A DNA stretch of 64,000 nucleotides from an uncultured Clostridium sp. (lineage in GTDB: Bacteria; Bacillota; Clostridia; TANB77; CAG-508), in the NCBI GenBank assembly GCA_958422985.1, contig CATZPY010000002.1:18656-82655 (forward strand). The letters run 5' to 3'. The position numbers and the translations under genes are program-made. Of this stretch, positions 27,691 through 38,019 are shown piece after piece. The number at the start of each line of letters is the position of its first letter. Position 1 is the stretch's first letter. A model generated the notes under the pieces. That model had not been told where the DNA came from. It ran no database searches and saw nothing but the letters and a program-made list of their open reading frames with translations.

Positions 27691-28746
27691 ATGAATGATA
27701 ATATTTTAAAAAAAGTAAAAACAAAAATAGCTATATCCAATATGCAAGAGGAGGATAGAGTTATGAAAAAAAGTAAATCAAATATTGCAAGAAAAATAGG
27801 AATTGCGGCATGCATAGCAATGTCTGTAACAGGAGTAGCTTTTGCAACAACAAAAATAATTAATAAATTTGGAGAAAATAGTAGTGACGGAGTTCAAATT
27901 GCTGTCGATAACGAATATTATAAAGAGATAAATACAGAATATAAAGAGTCAGATGGACTAGGAGTAAGTATAGAATCTTTTTTAATAGATGATAATAATT
28001 TTAATATGAATTTTAAAATAAAAACCAATAATGAAAATATAAAATTAAATGAGGGAAGCATAGATATTTATGATTTAAAAGTAGTAAATGAAAAAAATGA
28101 AACAGTTTTTGTAACAGGAGAGTTAGAAGCTAAAGAAAAGCAAGAAATGTATAAAACGGAGGAAGAAGCTAGAAAAAACTATGATGGATATGAAGGAGCA
28201 TATAGCGCAAATCATACACAAATAAATGATAATGAGATAATATATCATTTAACAGCAACAGGAAATAATGAGGAATTTCCTGTATCAAAAAAATTAAAAG
28301 TAAAATTTAGTAAAATAAGAAAGATATATTGGAAAAATGGAAAAGAAAAAAATATGATGTATATTGGTGACTGGAATTATGAACTAGATGTACCAAGTGA
28401 GATGGCAAAATCTAATATTAAACAATACAAACTAGTTTCTATAAGTGATACAAACTATAAGTTAGAAAGTGCAAAAGTTTCTAATACAGCTTTTAAAATA
28501 TATTTAACTAACTGCGAAGGAATTGCATGGAATGATAACGAATGTGTTGAAACTTCAGACGGAAAGAAATTTTATCCTGCTCATAGGTCAGATGGGGATG
28601 GGCTAATAAGCTTTAATGAAGCAGGAGAAGTAACCTATTATAATACATTTAATTTAACAAATTATGATGCAACAGATAAATTAAAAGTACATTTATTTAA
28701 AGATAATGGAGAAGAAGTTATTGTAGAATTAGAAAAAATAAAATAG
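27691..28746 (+). CDS. putative membrane-anchored anti-sigma factor (short cytoplasmic N-terminus, 1 TM helix, large extracytoplasmic domain)
   Basis: TM helix IGIAACIAMSVTGVAFA near the N-terminus. It is in an operon with the sigma-like gene. Confidence 0.45.
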   Translation: MNDNILKKVKTKIAISNMQEEDRVMKKSKSNIARKIGIAACIAMSVTGVAFATTKIINKFGENSSDGVQIAVDNEYYKEINTEYKESDGLGVSIESFLIDDNNFNMNFKIKTNNENIKLNEGSIDIYDLKVVNEKNETVFVTGELEAKEKQEMYKTEEEARKNYDGYEGAYSANHTQINDNEIIYHLTATGNNEEFPVSKKLKVKFSKIRKIYWKNGKEKNMMYIGDWNYELDVPSEMAKSNIKQYKLVSISDTNYKLESAKVSNTAFKIYLTNCEGIAWNDNECVETSDGKKFYPAHRSDGDGLISFNEAGEVTYYNTFNLTNYDATDKLKVHLFKDNGEEVIVELEKIK

Positions 28747-28836
28747 AAAGAAAAAACATTTACTAGTAATAGTAAATGTTTTTTTGCAAAATATTAACAA
28801 AATTATTTACTACAAGTGCCATATAAGTTTATTTTG

Positions 28837-29634
28837 TTATATTTCTATTTTTATAATAATTTGAGTAATATAATTTTCGTTAGAAGAAGAAACGAAATCA
28901 TTTAATCCCATTTCATAAGCATACCCAGATAAAACTATATTATGCTTATTAGAAAACTTTATAATTTCATTATAAAATTTAGGTAAGTTATCCCAAGAGC
29001 CTTTAAAATAGGCACAAAGATAAGAACCTTTAGGTAACACTAACAAATTATTAGTATTTTCTTTCTTCTTTATATATGCAAAACCACCATCATAATTAAA
29101 ATCCTTTTTTAAAATTTTTTTAATATCAATATAACTACCATACCCCAATATTGATTGTTTTGTACTTATATTTTGTTTTAAGTCATTATATATTTTATTA
29201 ATAGAGGAATTAGAGTTATAAACTGGTGTTGTTAGCAAATATGTTTCATTCAAACTAGAAATTTGAATTGAACTTTCATTTATAGTTTTACAGAATTTTA
29301 GTAAACTTTGTTTATGTTGTAGAAAATCTTTAATTATTTTTAACCTTTTTATTTCATCATCTAGTTTAGGAATTTTATCTTCTGCTATGTCTAAAAATTT
29401 GGAAGAAGAAGGATGTTGCAAAAAAAGTTTAATTTCGTCTATACTCATTCCAACTTTTTTTAGCATTAATATATAGTCTAATTTAATACTTTGACTAAAA
29501 CTATAATATCTATAGTTGTTTTCACCTTTTATCTCTGGAGAAAACAGACCTATGTTGTCATAATAGTGTAGAGTTCTTTTGTTAATATTATGCAAATTAG
29601 CAAATTCAGATGTAGTAAAATGTTTTTTTTCCAT
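28837..29634 (-). CDS. MerR-family transcriptional regulator with a C-terminal effector-binding (GyrI-like) domain
   Basis: N-terminal MerR HTH (FTTSEFANLHNINKRTLHYYDNIGL). It is divergent from the GNAT gene. Confidence 0.8.
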   Translation of the reverse strand: MEKKHFTTSEFANLHNINKRTLHYYDNIGLFSPEIKGENNYRYYSFSQSIKLDYILMLKKVGMSIDEIKLFLQHPSSSKFLDIAEDKIPKLDDEIKRLKIIKDFLQHKQSLLKFCKTINESSIQISSLNETYLLTTPVYNSNSSINKIYNDLKQNISTKQSILGYGSYIDIKKILKKDFNYDGGFAYIKKKENTNNLLVLPKGSYLCAYFKGSWDNLPKFYNEIIKFSNKHNIVLSGYAYEMGLNDFVSSSNENYITQIIIKIEI

Positions 29635-29651
29635 ATTTTTTAATCTCCTTA

Positions 29652-29682
29652 TTGACCTTACAGTTACTGTATAGTTTATAAT
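29652..29682 (+). promoter_or_regulatory. MerR-type promoter: TTGACC, a 19-bp spacer containing the dyad ACAGT-T-ACTGT, then TATAAT
   Basis: -35 at 29652-29657 and -10 at 29677-29682. The spacer is exactly 19 bp and contains an inverted repeat, which is the hallmark of a MerR operator. It drives the GNAT gene. Confidence 0.75.
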
Positions 29683-29726
29683 TGGATTATAATAAAATTT
29701 AAATAATAAATCAATAGGAGGATAAT

Positions 29727-30356
29727 ATGGAAAAAGATAATATAATTTTTAGAGAATACAGGAAAGAAGACAGAGAATATATAGAAGACATGATAAGAAA
29801 AACATGGAATTATGATAAATTTTGCTCACCAAAAGTAGCAAAGAAAATAGCAAAAACATATTTTATAAATTGTTTTGCAAATCAAACATATACGAAAGTT
29901 GCAACTATAGAAAACAAAGTTGTTGGAATTATAATGGGAAAGCAAGTAAAAAAATTTAAATGTCCAATATGGTTAAGAATAAAACAAATTATAAGCAATA
30001 TTTCTATTTATTTATCTAAAGAAGGTAGAAGTGCAATTAAGATTTTTGGAAATGTTACTAAAATAGATGACATGCTATTAAAAGAAACAAATAAGAATTA
30101 CGATGGAGAAGTTGCATTATTTGTAATGGATTCGGATTATAGAGGCAAGGGAATTGGAGGAAAATTATTTAAATATTTATTAGATTATATGAAAGAGATA
30201 AAAGCAAATGAAATTTTTCTTTTTACAGATACCAGCTGTAATTATAAATTTTATGAGCATAAAGGAATGAATAGAAGAGGAGAGAAAAAGCATACATATA
30301 ATATTGCTGGTCAACAAGCTGACATGACATTCTTTTTGTATGATTTAAAAATATAA
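29727..30356 (+). CDS. GNAT-family N-acetyltransferase
   Basis: Acetyl-CoA binding motif (RGKGIGGKLFKYLLDYM). Confidence 0.75.
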   Translation: MEKDNIIFREYRKEDREYIEDMIRKTWNYDKFCSPKVAKKIAKTYFINCFANQTYTKVATIENKVVGIIMGKQVKKFKCPIWLRIKQIISNISIYLSKEGRSAIKIFGNVTKIDDMLLKETNKNYDGEVALFVMDSDYRGKGIGGKLFKYLLDYMKEIKANEIFLFTDTSCNYKFYEHKGMNRRGEKKHTYNIAGQQADMTFFLYDLKI

Positions 30357-30451
30357 TTTTTTACTAAAGAACGATTTGAAAAAATTAACTCTTGAGGATA
30401 TAGGAAAAATATGGTATAATAAAAAACAGATTGACCATATAAGGAGTAATT

Positions 30452-31054
30452 ATGGATATAGATGAAAAAAAGGCTGCAGTACAAGCAATTCTATTTGCAG
30501 CAGGTAGAGAAGTTAAGTTAAACGAAATAATGTCTAGTCTAGAGCTAGGGGAAGAAGAAGCGATTTCTATTTTAAATAGTATGGCTTCTGATTTTGATGA
30601 AAAAAAATCGGGAATAAAATTAATAAGAATGGAAGACTCATATCAATTAGTAACAAAAACAGACTACCATAAATATGTATATCCAGTAATCGACAAAAGA
30701 AATAAACCTAATTTGTCTAATGCAGCATTGGAGACATTAGCAATTATTGCATATAATCCAAAAATTACAAGAGCGCAAATAGAAGAAATTAGAGGAGTAA
30801 ACTCTGATGGTGCAATATATAAATTATTAGAATATGAATTAATAGAAAATGCAGGAAAGCTTAATGCACCAGGAAAACCAGTTACATATAAAACTACAAA
30901 CGAATTTTTAAAAAAGTTTGGGTATAATAGTTTAGAAGATTTACCAGAACTTCCAAAATATAAGTTGGACGAAAACGAGCAAATTGTATTAGACGAGTTT
31001 GAAGATCCAGCAGAGGCTCCAATGCCCGCTGAGGGTGTAGAAAAGATTTTATAA
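30452..31054 (+). CDS. scpB: segregation and condensation protein B
   Basis: Tandem winged-helix ScpB domains (AILFAAGREV...; LETLAIIAYNPKITRAQIEEIRGV). No scpA is adjacent. Confidence 0.85.
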   Translation: MDIDEKKAAVQAILFAAGREVKLNEIMSSLELGEEEAISILNSMASDFDEKKSGIKLIRMEDSYQLVTKTDYHKYVYPVIDKRNKPNLSNAALETLAIIAYNPKITRAQIEEIRGVNSDGAIYKLLEYELIENAGKLNAPGKPVTYKTTNEFLKKFGYNSLEDLPELPKYKLDENEQIVLDEFEDPAEAPMPAEGVEKIL

Positions 31055-31087
31055 GGCTAAAATAAAAAAATAAATTGGAGGTTAATT

Positions 31088-32527
31088 ATGGGAGATAATA
31101 AAAATTTTGTAAAAGACATAACAAATATAGAAGAGGACTTTGCACAATGGTATACAGATATTGTGCTAAAAGCAGAACTTGCTGATTATACAGATGTAAA
31201 AGGCTTTATATCAATACGTCCTTATGGTTTTGCAATATGGGAGAATATTCAAAATTATGCAGATAAAAAATTTAAAGAAAATGGAGTTAAAAACCTTTCT
31301 ATGCCAGTTTTAATTCCAGAAAGTTTATTAAATAAAGAAAAGGACCATGTAGAAGGATTTGCTCCAGAGGTAGCATGGGTAACACATGGAGGTGGAAGTA
31401 AACTAGAAGAAAGACTATGTATAAGACCAACATCAGAAACAATATTCTGTAATATGTATGCTAAATGGTTAAATTCATGGAGAGATTTACCATTTTTATG
31501 CAACCAATGGTGCAATGTATTAAGATGGGAAAAAGAAACTAGACCATTTTTACGTTCTAGAGAATTTTTATGGCAAGAAGGTCATACAATTCACGAAACT
31601 GCAGAAGAAGCAAAAGGATTTACATTAAAAATGTTAGACGTTTATGAAGAAGTTTTAGAAGACCTATTAGCTCTTCCAGTTTTAAAAGGACAAAAAACAG
31701 AAACAGAAAAATTTGCAGGAGCAGAAGCAACATATACGGTAGAAACATTAATGCATGATGGTAGAGCATTACAAGGAGGAACATCACATTACTTTGGTCA
31801 AAACTTTGCTAAACCATTCGAAGTAAAATTCCAAAACAGAGAAGGAAAAGAAGAATATGCATACCAAACATCTTGGGGAATAAGTACAAGGTTAATTGGT
31901 GCGATAATTATGGCACATGGAGATAACAGAGGATTAAAATTGCCACCAAAGGTTGCTCCAATCCAAGTGGTTGTAGTTCCAGTAGCTCAACAAAAAGAAG
32001 GAGTTATAGAAAAAGCAACAGAACTTACTAATAGCTTAAAGAAAGAGTTTAGATCAGAAATAGATGCAAGAGATAATTATACACCTGGTTATAAATTTAA
32101 TTATTGGGAAATGAAAGGTGTACCAATAAGATTAGAAATAGGACCACGTGATATAGAAAATAACCAATGTGTTTTAGTTAGACGTGACACATTAGAAAAA
32201 GAAATAGTAAGCTTAGATAATGTAAACGCAAGAATTGCAGAATTATTAGAAGAAATACAAAAAAATATGTTTAATATGGCAAAAGAAAATACAGAAAATA
32301 AAACGACAATTGCTAAAAACTTAGAAGAATTCGAAAATAATATAAACACAAACCAAGGTTATGTAAAAACAATGTGGTGTGGAAGTGCAGAGTGTGAAGA
32401 AAAAATACATGACTTAACTGGTGCAAAATCAAGATGTATGCCATTTAACCAAGAACATATTTCAGATACTTGTGTATGTTGTGGTAAACCAGCAACTAAA
32501 ATGGTTGTTTGGGGAAGACAATATTAA
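31088..32527 (+). CDS. proS: prolyl-tRNA synthetase (archaeal/eukaryotic-like type, about 480 aa)
   Basis: Class II aaRS motifs plus a C-terminal zinc-binding domain (CMPF...CVCCGKPA). 479 aa. Confidence 0.9.
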   Translation: MGDNKNFVKDITNIEEDFAQWYTDIVLKAELADYTDVKGFISIRPYGFAIWENIQNYADKKFKENGVKNLSMPVLIPESLLNKEKDHVEGFAPEVAWVTHGGGSKLEERLCIRPTSETIFCNMYAKWLNSWRDLPFLCNQWCNVLRWEKETRPFLRSREFLWQEGHTIHETAEEAKGFTLKMLDVYEEVLEDLLALPVLKGQKTETEKFAGAEATYTVETLMHDGRALQGGTSHYFGQNFAKPFEVKFQNREGKEEYAYQTSWGISTRLIGAIIMAHGDNRGLKLPPKVAPIQVVVVPVAQQKEGVIEKATELTNSLKKEFRSEIDARDNYTPGYKFNYWEMKGVPIRLEIGPRDIENNQCVLVRRDTLEKEIVSLDNVNARIAELLEEIQKNMFNMAKENTENKTTIAKNLEEFENNINTNQGYVKTMWCGSAECEEKIHDLTGAKSRCMPFNQEHISDTCVCCGKPATKMVVWGRQY

Positions 32528-32584
32528 TATGAAATAAAGGAAAAGCTGTACCTTTACTCTTAAGTAAGATACAGCTTTTTTAGA

Positions 32585-32690
32585 TAGTAGGAAACTTCTC
32601 CTGGTAGGAGAAGTTTCTGTACTAGAGAATTATAGCGAACCTTAGATTTTCTTAGAATTTACATTTGTTAGAAAATCTTAGGTTAGCTTT
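32585..32690. repeat. copy 3 of the AT-rich palindromic intergenic repeat (longest form, two hairpins)
   Basis: First hairpin GGAAACTTCTCC-tggta-GGAGAAGTTTC, followed by the core hairpin AGCGAACCTTAGATTTTCTTAG...TTAGAAAATCTTAGGTTAGCT. Confidence 0.8.
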
Positions 32691-32750
32691 TCTATTTAAT
32701 GTAACTTTAATGTGAATTAATTAAATTGCCCAATTGTAATAATTAGTATA

Positions 32751-33626
32751 TTAAAAATCTCTTCCATCATCTTCTTTAGAAAGATTATGATCTATTTTTG
32801 AATTTTTTAAAACATCTTTAGCAGAGTTAGAATAATCTTTGTTTGAAGTGTTTTCTATATAATTGTTAATCCCATCTTTTAAATTAGTTACACATGTATT
32901 CATTTTTAACCAGTATGCTGTTTTTTCTTTTTTCTCATCACTAACTCTAGAAGAATCGCGTAAGTCCTTATAATTTAAATAAACATCTTTTGCAAAGTCT
33001 TTTGGCAATGTAACATTTATAGATTTAGAATCTATACCACCTTCAAATTCATAAGATAGTTTAGTATAATTTAATTTTAATGTAACATCACTACCACAAA
33101 CGCTAGCTTCATTATATGATTCTAAATAATAATCATCAAATAAAATTTTATCATCTGGATTTTTTTCAAAATATGTATCTTCTGCTACATATTGTATTAA
33201 ATCGTTTGTGTTGTTAAAAAGTTCAGTTTTGTCATAATCATCTAAAGAATATTCAGTAGATGCAAGCCTTGCATCATTTATATGAGAGTATGTAGTTCCA
33301 CCAAGCAAAACTGCAGCAGAAAGCATACCAGCAGCAATTAATCTTTTGCAAATTAGTTTAGAGTTTCTTTTACGTGAAGAACTATAATTACGTTGTTTAT
33401 TATGATTAGGTTTGGACACTGAACGCTGTTTATTTTGTTTGGGAGGCTGTTGGATTTTAGGTTCTCCATTGTTAAAGCGGCCTTTAGAAAGCACTTTTAA
33501 ATATGTAAGGTCTAATTCATCTGTAGCATCTTTTTGACTTGTTATTAATTGGTCAGAGTTAATCTTTTTATATTTAATATCTTCCATACTAATAATCTTA
33601 CCATTTTTATTAGCCATAAAATTCAT
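32751..33626 (-). CDS. hypothetical single-pass membrane protein
   Basis: ORF with a TM helix (LIAAGMLSAAVLLGG). No domain recognised. Confidence 0.4.
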   Translation of the reverse strand: MNFMANKNGKIISMEDIKYKKINSDQLITSQKDATDELDLTYLKVLSKGRFNNGEPKIQQPPKQNKQRSVSKPNHNKQRNYSSSRKRNSKLICKRLIAAGMLSAAVLLGGTTYSHINDARLASTEYSLDDYDKTELFNNTNDLIQYVAEDTYFEKNPDDKILFDDYYLESYNEASVCGSDVTLKLNYTKLSYEFEGGIDSKSINVTLPKDFAKDVYLNYKDLRDSSRVSDEKKEKTAYWLKMNTCVTNLKDGINNYIENTSNKDYSNSAKDVLKNSKIDHNLSKEDDGRDF

Positions 33627-33766
33627 TCCTTTCTTTTGTATCGTATCAAATTTAATGTCATTTTACTACTAAAATCTTTATTAGTCAATTAAAGAATAAT
33701 TTTGTAAATAATGTTTACAATAAAAATTGCATATGATATAATTTTTTAGGTAAAGAGGTGAAGTAA

Positions 33767-34720
33767 TTGAACCAAATATTAGCAGTAGAAAATGACCAAA
33801 AAAATAAGAAAAAGAAGAAAAATACTACAGCAGATATAAAAAAGGTAATAACAGTTTTTTGTGTAATAACAATATTATTTGGAATTGCAATAACTGGGCA
33901 AGGAGTATATGCTATTGTAAATAACTTTAAAACAGATACAAAAACCGAAGTTCCAGAGCAAAATATAGCAATAAATAGTGATACAAACACAGGAAAAGTT
34001 ATAATTTCTGGTACAGTTCCAAATGGTGTTCAAAAAATAATATATAAATGGAACGAAGAAGAAGAACAAGAGATTTCTAAAAATGGTGAAACACAAATAA
34101 ACGAAGAAATAGAATTACCAGTTGGTAATAATAAATTAAGTGTAACTATAGTAGATATGAAGAATAGCTTTACACCATATACAAAAGAATTTACAGCAGA
34201 TTTAGACTTACCACAATTAGCTTTAAGCCTAAACGAAGACGGAACAAAAATAAAAATAGTTGCAAAAGATATGGCAGAATTATCTTATGTAACTTACCAA
34301 TGGGATGATAGTGACATTCAAACTATATATCCAGAAGAAAATTCAAAAGCTCAATTAGAAGCAGAAATAGATGCAATGTCTGGAAAACATAAATTAACAG
34401 TAATTGCAGTAAATACAAATAATAAAACAACAACAAAAACACAAGAAGTAGACGGAGTAGACCAATCTGCAAAACCAGCAGTTAGTGCTTCAATAGATTC
34501 AACAGACAGGTCAAAAATACTATTCTCTGCAACAGACGAAAATGGACTAAAGAATTTATCATTTACAATAAATGGACAAAGATATGAATTGCCAGCAAGT
34601 GAAAATCAAAAAGAATTACAATATACTTTCCAAGTAAAAGAAGGACATTATTCTATAAGTGTTGAAGCAGAAAATATATATGGACAAAAAGAAGCTCAGA
34701 ATTTTATTTATGATTACTAA
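33767..34720 (+). CDS. hypothetical membrane-anchored protein with repeated beta-rich extracellular modules (TTG start)
   Basis: RBS AGAGGTGA precedes the TTG. N-terminal TM helix VITVFCVITILFGIAITG. A terminator lies at 34739-34764. Confidence 0.4.
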   Translation: MNQILAVENDQKNKKKKKNTTADIKKVITVFCVITILFGIAITGQGVYAIVNNFKTDTKTEVPEQNIAINSDTNTGKVIISGTVPNGVQKIIYKWNEEEEQEISKNGETQINEEIELPVGNNKLSVTIVDMKNSFTPYTKEFTADLDLPQLALSLNEDGTKIKIVAKDMAELSYVTYQWDDSDIQTIYPEENSKAQLEAEIDAMSGKHKLTVIAVNTNNKTTTKTQEVDGVDQSAKPAVSASIDSTDRSKILFSATDENGLKNLSFTINGQRYELPASENQKELQYTFQVKEGHYSISVEAENIYGQKEAQNFIYDY

Positions 34721-34782
34721 GATATAATATAAAGTATTAAAAGACAGGTTTGGCCTGTCTTTTAATACACAGAAGGAGAAAA

Positions 34783-35556
34783 ATGGAAAACGAAATAATA
34801 AAAATAATATTTTACTTTTTTTTATACTCACTATTAGGTTGGGCAATGGAGTCAACCTATCTTTCAATAGGTCAAAGAAGATTGGTAAATACAGGATTTT
34901 TACATGGGCCATTTTGCCCAATTTATGGTTTTGGAGCGGTTGTTTTATATGTACTTTTAATTAAGTTACAAGGAAATCCAATTGCAATATTTTGTGTAGG
35001 TTTTTTTGTTTTATCTGTTTGGGAATATTTTGTAGGTTTTTTACTAGAAAAAATATTTAAAACAAAATATTGGGATTATTCAAATAATAAATTTAATATA
35101 AATGGAAGAGTATGCTTGCTAAATTCTATATACTGGGGATTTTTAAGTATATTTTTTATAGAAATATGGAACCCTTTAGTAGAAACACAGATGGATAAAA
35201 TACCTATAAATATAATTTTTTATATAGACATTGTTTTAATAATATATATAATAATAGATTTTATTACAAGTGCAATAAAAGCTTCAAACCTACAAAAGAG
35301 AATAAAAAGAGTAATACAAATAGGAGAAACTTTAAAAGAAAGATTAGAAGAACTTAAAAAGACTTCTTCAGAAAAACAAAAAGTTGCTTTACAAAAAGTA
35401 ATAGATGATTTAAAATTAAATCAAAAAATGATGAAAGATAAAATAGATAAACAAGTTCTAAAATTAAATAAAGCATTTCCATCTATTCAATCTGAACACA
35501 TAAAAGAATACGTAAAACTAAAAGTAAAAGAGATAAAAAACAAGAAAAAGGAGTAA
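34783..35556 (+). CDS. polytopic membrane protein (PF06541-like 'putative ABC-transporter type IV' family) with a C-terminal coiled-coil
   Basis: LGWAMESTYLSIGQRRLVNTGFLHGPFCPIYGFGAV motif. An AGAAGGAGAA RBS precedes the ATG at 34783. Confidence 0.5.
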   Translation: MENEIIKIIFYFFLYSLLGWAMESTYLSIGQRRLVNTGFLHGPFCPIYGFGAVVLYVLLIKLQGNPIAIFCVGFFVLSVWEYFVGFLLEKIFKTKYWDYSNNKFNINGRVCLLNSIYWGFLSIFFIEIWNPLVETQMDKIPINIIFYIDIVLIIYIIIDFITSAIKASNLQKRIKRVIQIGETLKERLEELKKTSSEKQKVALQKVIDDLKLNQKMMKDKIDKQVLKLNKAFPSIQSEHIKEYVKLKVKEIKNKKKE

Positions 35557-35559
35557 ATT

Positions 35560-36486
35560 ATGATACAAGAGATATATATAATTGATGATGATAAATACTC
35601 ATTACAAGATTTAAAACAACTATTTGCAGATAATGATGAATATAAATTTGTAAATGTATCTACAGAAGAAATAAACAAAGCCTTAATGAATATTCCATCA
35701 TTAATTATAATAAATGAAGATAATGTAGACAGAGATGTAGAAGAATTATGTGCTACAATAAGAAAGAATGAAGATAATAGTATAACTCCAATAATAGTTA
35801 TTTCTTCTAATGCAGATAAAGAACATAGATTAAATGTTTTAAAAAAAGCAGTAGAATATTATATAAGAAAGCCTGTTGACCAAGATTATTTGTATTATAC
35901 AATTAAAAATTTAATGAGGTTAATGTATACAAATAGACGTGTTAGTCCATTAACTGGGTTACCAGGAAATGTACAAATACATGCAGAATTAAAAAAGAGA
36001 TTGTTTAATAAAGAGGAATTTGGTGTATTATATTTAGACTTAGATAATTTTAAAGCATACAATGATGTTTATGGTTTTATTAAAGGTGATGAAATAATAA
36101 AATTTACTGCAAGAACAATTGTAAGAAATGTACATAAATTACAAAATAATGATTGTTTTGTTGGTCATATTGGTGGAGACGATTTTGTAGCTGTGGTTTC
36201 TAAAACAGACTATGACGAAATTTGTAAAAATATTATTAATGATTTCGATACAGAAATTTTAAGTTATTTTACAGAAGAAGATAGAAAAAGAGGATATATA
36301 GAAGTTGCAAATAGAAGAGGAATTTTAGAAGATTTTCCACTTACTTCAATTTCTATTGGTGTAGTAGATGCAGGTGTAGATAGATTCGAAAATATATTAG
36401 AAATAGGCGAAGTTGGTGCACAAGTAAAACATTTAGCAAAAACAATGCTTGGTAGTAGTTATGTAATAGATAGAAGAAAAGAATAA
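35560..36486 (+). CDS. response-regulator receiver domain fused to a GGDEF domain (motif reads GGDDF)
   Basis: REC features (IIDDD acidic pocket, IIINED, SS, K-P). The GGDEF domain contains LTGLPGN and HIGGDDF. It starts 4 nt after the preceding gene. Confidence 0.7.
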   Translation: MIQEIYIIDDDKYSLQDLKQLFADNDEYKFVNVSTEEINKALMNIPSLIIINEDNVDRDVEELCATIRKNEDNSITPIIVISSNADKEHRLNVLKKAVEYYIRKPVDQDYLYYTIKNLMRLMYTNRRVSPLTGLPGNVQIHAELKKRLFNKEEFGVLYLDLDNFKAYNDVYGFIKGDEIIKFTARTIVRNVHKLQNNDCFVGHIGGDDFVAVVSKTDYDEICKNIINDFDTEILSYFTEEDRKRGYIEVANRRGILEDFPLTSISIGVVDAGVDRFENILEIGEVGAQVKHLAKTMLGSSYVIDRRKE

Positions 36487-36601
36487 TTATATTACTTTAG
36501 CTAAATTTTATAAAGAAAACTACAATTTAAATTAATATCGTTCTAATACAACCCCTTAATGAATACATTTTAACAAAAGTATTCACATGGGGGTTTTCTT
36601 T

Positions 36602-36871
36602 ATGAAAAATCTATCAATAGAAAAACGTGCAATAGAACTTGCACATTATATTATAAATTCAAAAGATACAGTAAGAGGTGCAGCATCTAAATTTGGAATT
36701 AGTAAGAGTACAGTGCACAAAGACTTAAGTGAAAGATTACTAAAGATAAACCCAGTATTGGCAAAGGAAGTACGAAAAATATTAGATAAAAATAAAGCAG
36801 AAAGACACATAAGAGGAGGAATGGCAACAAAGCTTAAATATAGCCATATAAAAGAAGATAAAGCAGGGTAA
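36602..36871 (+). CDS. spoIIID: stage III sporulation transcriptional regulator SpoIIID
   Basis: HTH GISKSTVHKDLSERL and C-terminal HIRGGMATKLKY closely match SpoIIID. The ATG at 36602 has a GGGGG RBS. Confidence 0.9.
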   Translation: MKNLSIEKRAIELAHYIINSKDTVRGAASKFGISKSTVHKDLSERLLKINPVLAKEVRKILDKNKAERHIRGGMATKLKYSHIKEDKAG

Positions 36872-36923
36872 GTATGAATCTTTAATGTTTTTTACCCATT
36901 ATAGTTTTATAAAATTATGATGT

Positions 36924-36976
36924 ACCTAAGACTTTTTAGAATTTAAATTTTCTAGAAAATCTTAGGTTTGCTTTTT
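36924..36976. repeat. copy 4 (degenerate) of the AT-rich palindromic intergenic repeat
   Basis: CCTAAGACTTTTTAGAATTTAAATTTTCTAGAAAATCTTAGGTTTGCT. Confidence 0.7.
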
Positions 36977-37035
36977 AGTTAACATGATATTCACAAGCCT
37001 TAATATATTAACATAAAATATATTAGGTGATAGCA

Positions 37036-37824
37036 ATGAATAAAATAAAAAAGGGAAGTGTTGTGATAAAAAAAACAGACAATAATAAAATTATTTTTAC
37101 AGTAGAAAAAATAAAACTAGAGAAAAAAAAGAAAATGGCAATATTAAAAGGAGTATATGTACGAATTATAGAAAAGCTTCCTGTAGAAGAATTAGAATTG
37201 GTAGACCGAAAATATGTGAATAAATATATAGAAGAAAAAACAAAACTTTTAGAAAATAAAATTTATAAAAGAAGAAATTCGTATAATAACATAAAAACAG
37301 GAAAAATACTTCACCTAGATGGCGACAAAAGGTATATGGAAAAATCATATAAATATTATAAAAAATTAGGGCTAAATGCTATAGTAAAATATGTTCCAGA
37401 AGAAAAACAAGAATATGTAATAAAAGACATAATATCTAAATATGAACCAGATATTTTAGTAATAACAGGACATGATGGAATGATAAAAAAAGGAAGAAAC
37501 TATAATGATATATATAACTACATGAACTCTAGATTTTTTGTAAATACAGTAAAAAAAGCAAGAGAACATAAAATGGGAAATAATTTAGTTATATTTGCAG
37601 GAGCTTGCCAAAGCTTTTTTGAAGCACTAATAGATGCTGGTGCAAACTTTGCCTCATCACCAGGAAGAGTATTAATAGATTTTGCAGATCCACTAATAGT
37701 AGCAGAAAGAATTGCCACTACAAATAGTGAATATTATATAACTATAGATGATATAGCAAATGATTTAAGAGATGGAAAAGAAGGAATTGGAGGGATAGGT
37801 GCAAGAGGAAAAAAGAGAAAGTAA
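37036..37824 (+). CDS. yabG: sporulation-specific protease YabG
   Basis: ILVITGHDGMIKK...LVIFAGACQSFFEALIDAGANFASSPGRVLI matches YabG across the catalytic region. Confidence 0.9.
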   Translation: MNKIKKGSVVIKKTDNNKIIFTVEKIKLEKKKKMAILKGVYVRIIEKLPVEELELVDRKYVNKYIEEKTKLLENKIYKRRNSYNNIKTGKILHLDGDKRYMEKSYKYYKKLGLNAIVKYVPEEKQEYVIKDIISKYEPDILVITGHDGMIKKGRNYNDIYNYMNSRFFVNTVKKAREHKMGNNLVIFAGACQSFFEALIDAGANFASSPGRVLIDFADPLIVAERIATTNSEYYITIDDIANDLRDGKEGIGGIGARGKKRK

Positions 37825-37881
37825 AAAGGAACAATAAATGATACTATTTTTTTAGTTAAAATAAGAGAGAATATCACAAAA

Positions 37882-37937
37882 GTAACAAAAACGTAACCCA
37901 ACTGTAACATAAATGTAACAAAGTAACAACAAGTACC
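37882..37937. repeat. array of GTAAC(A) direct repeats at 11-bp phasing upstream of the veg promoter
   Basis: GTAAC begins at 37882, 37893, 37904, 37915 and 37923, with GTACC at 37933. The spacings are 11, 11, 11, 8 and 10 bp. Two of the units are the palindromic heptamer TGTAACA. Confidence 0.7.
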
Positions 37938-37990
37938 AATAATTGCCTATATATCAAGGAAAAAGACTGGTGCACAAAAGGTTGGACGTT

Positions 37991-38019
37991 TTGACACCTT
38001 TCGACAAAACTGCTATAAT
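37991..38019 (+). promoter_or_regulatory. consensus sigma-A promoter TTGACA-17-TATAAT upstream of veg
   Basis: -35 at 37991-37996 and -10 at 38014-38019. The spacer contains TTCGACA, the complement of the Spo0A box TGTCGAA. The 7-bp inverted repeat AACTGCT/AGCAGTT brackets the -10. Confidence 0.75.
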
